Positions 62,049-64,000 of a DNA stretch of 64,000 nt are shown here, piece by piece (the stretch's first letter is position 1; each line of letters starts with the position of its first letter). A program made the position numbers and the translations under genes. The DNA lies in the NCBI GenBank assembly GCA_013239625.1, contig MU053652.1:4887902-4951901 (forward strand). The letters run 5' to 3'. Under the pieces are notes generated by a model, which was not told the origin of the DNA, made no database searches, and was given only the letters and a program-made list of their open reading frames with translations. Source of the stretch: Lama guanicoe (Eukaryota).

Positions 62049-62430
62049 CAGCGAGCGCGGCCTGGGAGGCTGCGGGGCGCCCCCTCACTCCCCGCCGGGT
62101 GGCAGCCCCGGAGCGGGCGGGGGGCGCCGGAGGCACAGTCCGGCGATGAAGCGGCTTCCCCCTTGGCTGCTGCGAGCCGGGGCCAGGGTCCAAGGACAAA
62201 GCCGGGAAGCGCTGGTGGCGCCGCGCCTCGGGCTGAGGGGGGGGCATGCACCTGCATAGCCCGCCGGGCCTTGGCTCTCCCGGCGCCTCAACTCCGCGGC
62301 TCCGCTAGCCGGCTCCGGATTTATTAGAAGCCAGTTAATTAAAACTAAGAAGTGAAAATGGGAATGAGGTGGACGGCTCCGGCAGAGAACGCTTAAGGAC
62401 ACCACGCCAATTCTTCCCTTCCTTCCTTCC

Positions 62431-62439
62431 GAGGTAGGT
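62431..62439 (+). other. Probable splice donor of a non-coding LRRC4 5' exon (GAG|GTAGGT)
   Basis: Strong donor consensus ~280 nt before the expected ATG; the matching acceptor is probably in the gap. Confidence 0.55.
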
Positions 62440-62565
62440 GACAGCGAATGATTGGGTGGGGATGGTCGTAACGGGGGAGAGAAAGTCTCAGCTTTCCGAG
62501 GGCTGGCTTTGAGGGGGGCTGGTAGACGAGGGGGCCACTCATTAGTTTGGCAGGATTTTTTCCGG

Positions 62566-62761
62566 NNNNNNNNNNNNNNNNNNNNNNNNNNNNNNNNNNN
62601 NNNNNNNNNNNNNNNNNNNNNNNNNNNNNNNNNNNNNNNNNNNNNNNNNNNNNNNNNNNNNNNNNNNNNNNNNNNNNNNNNNNNNNNNNNNNNNNNNNNN
62701 NNNNNNNNNNNNNNNNNNNNNNNNNNNNNNNNNNNNNNNNNNNNNNNNNNNNNNNNNNNNN
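62566..62761. other. Assembly gap (others at 1432-1579, 23130-23327, 40644-40799, 53217-53388, 61225-61445)
   Basis: Runs of N. Confidence 1.
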
Positions 62762-62762
62762 C

Positions 62763-64000
62763 CTGCTCCCCGTCGTCTACCTCACGGCGCAAGTGTGGAT
62801 TCTGTGTGCAGCCATCGCTGCTGCCGCCTCCGCCGGGCCCCAGAACTGCCCGTCCGTCTGCTCGTGCAGTAACCAGTTCAGCAAGGTGGTGTGCACCCGC
62901 CGGGGCCTCTCCGAGGTCCCTCAGGGCATCCCTTCCAACACCCGGTACCTCAACCTCATGGAAAACAACATCCAGATGATCCAGGCCGACACCTTCCGCC
63001 ACCTCCACCACCTGGAGGTCCTGCAGCTGGGCAGGAACTCCATTCGGCAGATCGAGGTGGGGGCCTTCAACGGCCTGGCCAGCCTCAACACCCTGGAGCT
63101 GTTTGACAACTGGCTGACAGTCATCCCGAGCGGGGCCTTTGAATACCTGTCCAAGCTGCGGGAGCTCTGGCTTCGCAACAACCCCATAGAAAGCATCCCC
63201 TCTTATGCCTTCAACCGGGTGCCCTCCCTCATGCGCCTGGACTTGGGGGAGCTCAAGAAGCTGGAGTACATTTCTGAGGGGGCTTTTGAAGGACTGTTCA
63301 ACCTCAAGTACCTGAACTTGGGCATGTGCAACATTAAAGATATGCCCAATCTCACCCCGCTGGTGGGGCTGGAGGAGCTGGAGATGTCAGGGAACCACTT
63401 CCCTGAGATCAGACCTGGCTCCTTCCACGGCCTAAGCTCCCTCAAGAAGCTATGGGTCATGAACTCACAGGTCAGCTTGATTGAGCGGAATGCTTTTGAT
63501 GGGCTGGCCTCGCTGGTGGAACTCAACCTGGCCCACAATAACCTCTCTTCTTTGCCCCATGACCTCTTCACCCCCCTGAGGTACCTGGTGGAGCTGCACT
63601 TACACCACAATCCTTGGAACTGTGATTGTGACATTCTGTGGCTAGCCTGGTGGCTTCGGGAATACATACCCACGAATTCCACCTGCTGCGGCCGATGTCA
63701 TGCTCCCTTGCACATGCGAGGCCGCTACCTGGTGGAGGTGGACCAGGTCTCCTTCCAGTGCTCTGCCCCTTTCATCATGGATGCACCTCGGGACCTCAAT
63801 ATCTCTGAGGGTCGGATGGCGGAACTTAAGTGTCGGACTCCCCCCATGTCGTCCGTGAAGTGGTTGCTGCCCAATGGGACAGTGCTCAGCCATGCCTCCC
63901 GCCACCCCAGGATCTCTGTCCTCAACGATGGCACCTTGAACTTTTCCCACGTGCTGCTCTCAGACACTGGGGTATACACATGCATGGTGACCAATGTGGC
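62763..64000 (+). CDS. LRRC4: LRRC4 / NGL-2 (netrin-G ligand 2), partial: end of signal peptide, LRRNT, LRRs, LRRCT, Ig-like domain
   Basis: Open frame from 62763: [69 protein letters not shown]...[14 protein letters not shown]...[12 protein letters not shown]. No stop before the window end, which is why it is absent from the ORF track. The ATG is hidden in the N-gap at 62566-62761. Confidence 0.97.
   Translation, partial: MLPVVYLTAQVWILCAAIAAAASAGPQNCPSVCSCSNQFSKVVCTRRGLSEVPQGIPSNTRYLNLMENNIQMIQADTFRHLHHLEVLQLGRNSIRQIEVGAFNGLASLNTLELFDNWLTVIPSGAFEYLSKLRELWLRNNPIESIPSYAFNRVPSLMRLDLGELKKLEYISEGAFEGLFNLKYLNLGMCNIKDMPNLTPLVGLEELEMSGNHFPEIRPGSFHGLSSLKKLWVMNSQVSLIERNAFDGLASLVELNLAHNNLSSLPHDLFTPLRYLVELHLHHNPWNCDCDILWLAWWLREYIPTNSTCCGRCHAPLHMRGRYLVEVDQVSFQCSAPFIMDAPRDLNISEGRMAELKCRTPPMSSVKWLLPNGTVLSHASRHPRISVLNDGTLNFSHVLLSDTGVYTCMVTNV

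Larger units (their letters stand above)
60690..62320 (+). promoter_or_regulatory. CpG island / promoter and 5' UTR region of LRRC4
   Basis: Abrupt very GC- and CpG-rich block with GC boxes (GGGGCGGGG near 60912) immediately 5' of the LRRC4 CDS, in an otherwise CpG-depleted intron. Confidence 0.88.

Noticed and set aside
60640-63011. Long 248-308 aa ORFs in the CpG island
   Set aside because: Length is inflated by N-gaps and stop-poor GC content; low-complexity A/P/R/G translation.
62921-63994. Several minus-strand ORFs of 89-159 aa
   Set aside because: Antisense shadows of the GC3-rich LRRC4 coding sequence.
1-64000. Prokaryote-type systems (CRISPR arrays, operons, IS elements, rRNA)
   Set aside because: The sequence is spliced mammalian DNA; no regularly spaced direct repeats or such genes were seen.

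Overview
Eukaryotic (mammalian) genomic DNA, most likely a camelid, judged from three tRNA-derived SINEs of the Vicugna/Camelus type. The minus strand carries the last eight coding exons of SND1 (Tudor-SN/p100; exons 17-24 in human numbering). They splice with canonical GT-AG junctions into one intact 954-nt frame (317 aa plus TAA), followed by a ~500-nt 3'UTR and AATAAA. Everything above 19507 is a very large SND1 intron. It hosts, on the plus strand, the CpG-island promoter and the first ~412 visible codons of the nested antisense gene LRRC4 (NGL-2), whose start codon lies in an assembly gap. The remainder is old interspersed repeats (MIR, L2, L1, CR1/L3, MLT1, MER82, hAT-Charlie), a solo LTR, six N-gaps and several short AT-rich motif-dense islands that look like enhancers. 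I found no convincing wholly new protein-coding system. The best leads are a recognisable homologue of the primate MIR593 locus in SND1 intron 18, a uORF/CGG/GGAA regulatory package at the LRRC4 5' end, and candidate intronic enhancers. All comparisons to human sequences and repeat consensuses are from memory, not database searches.
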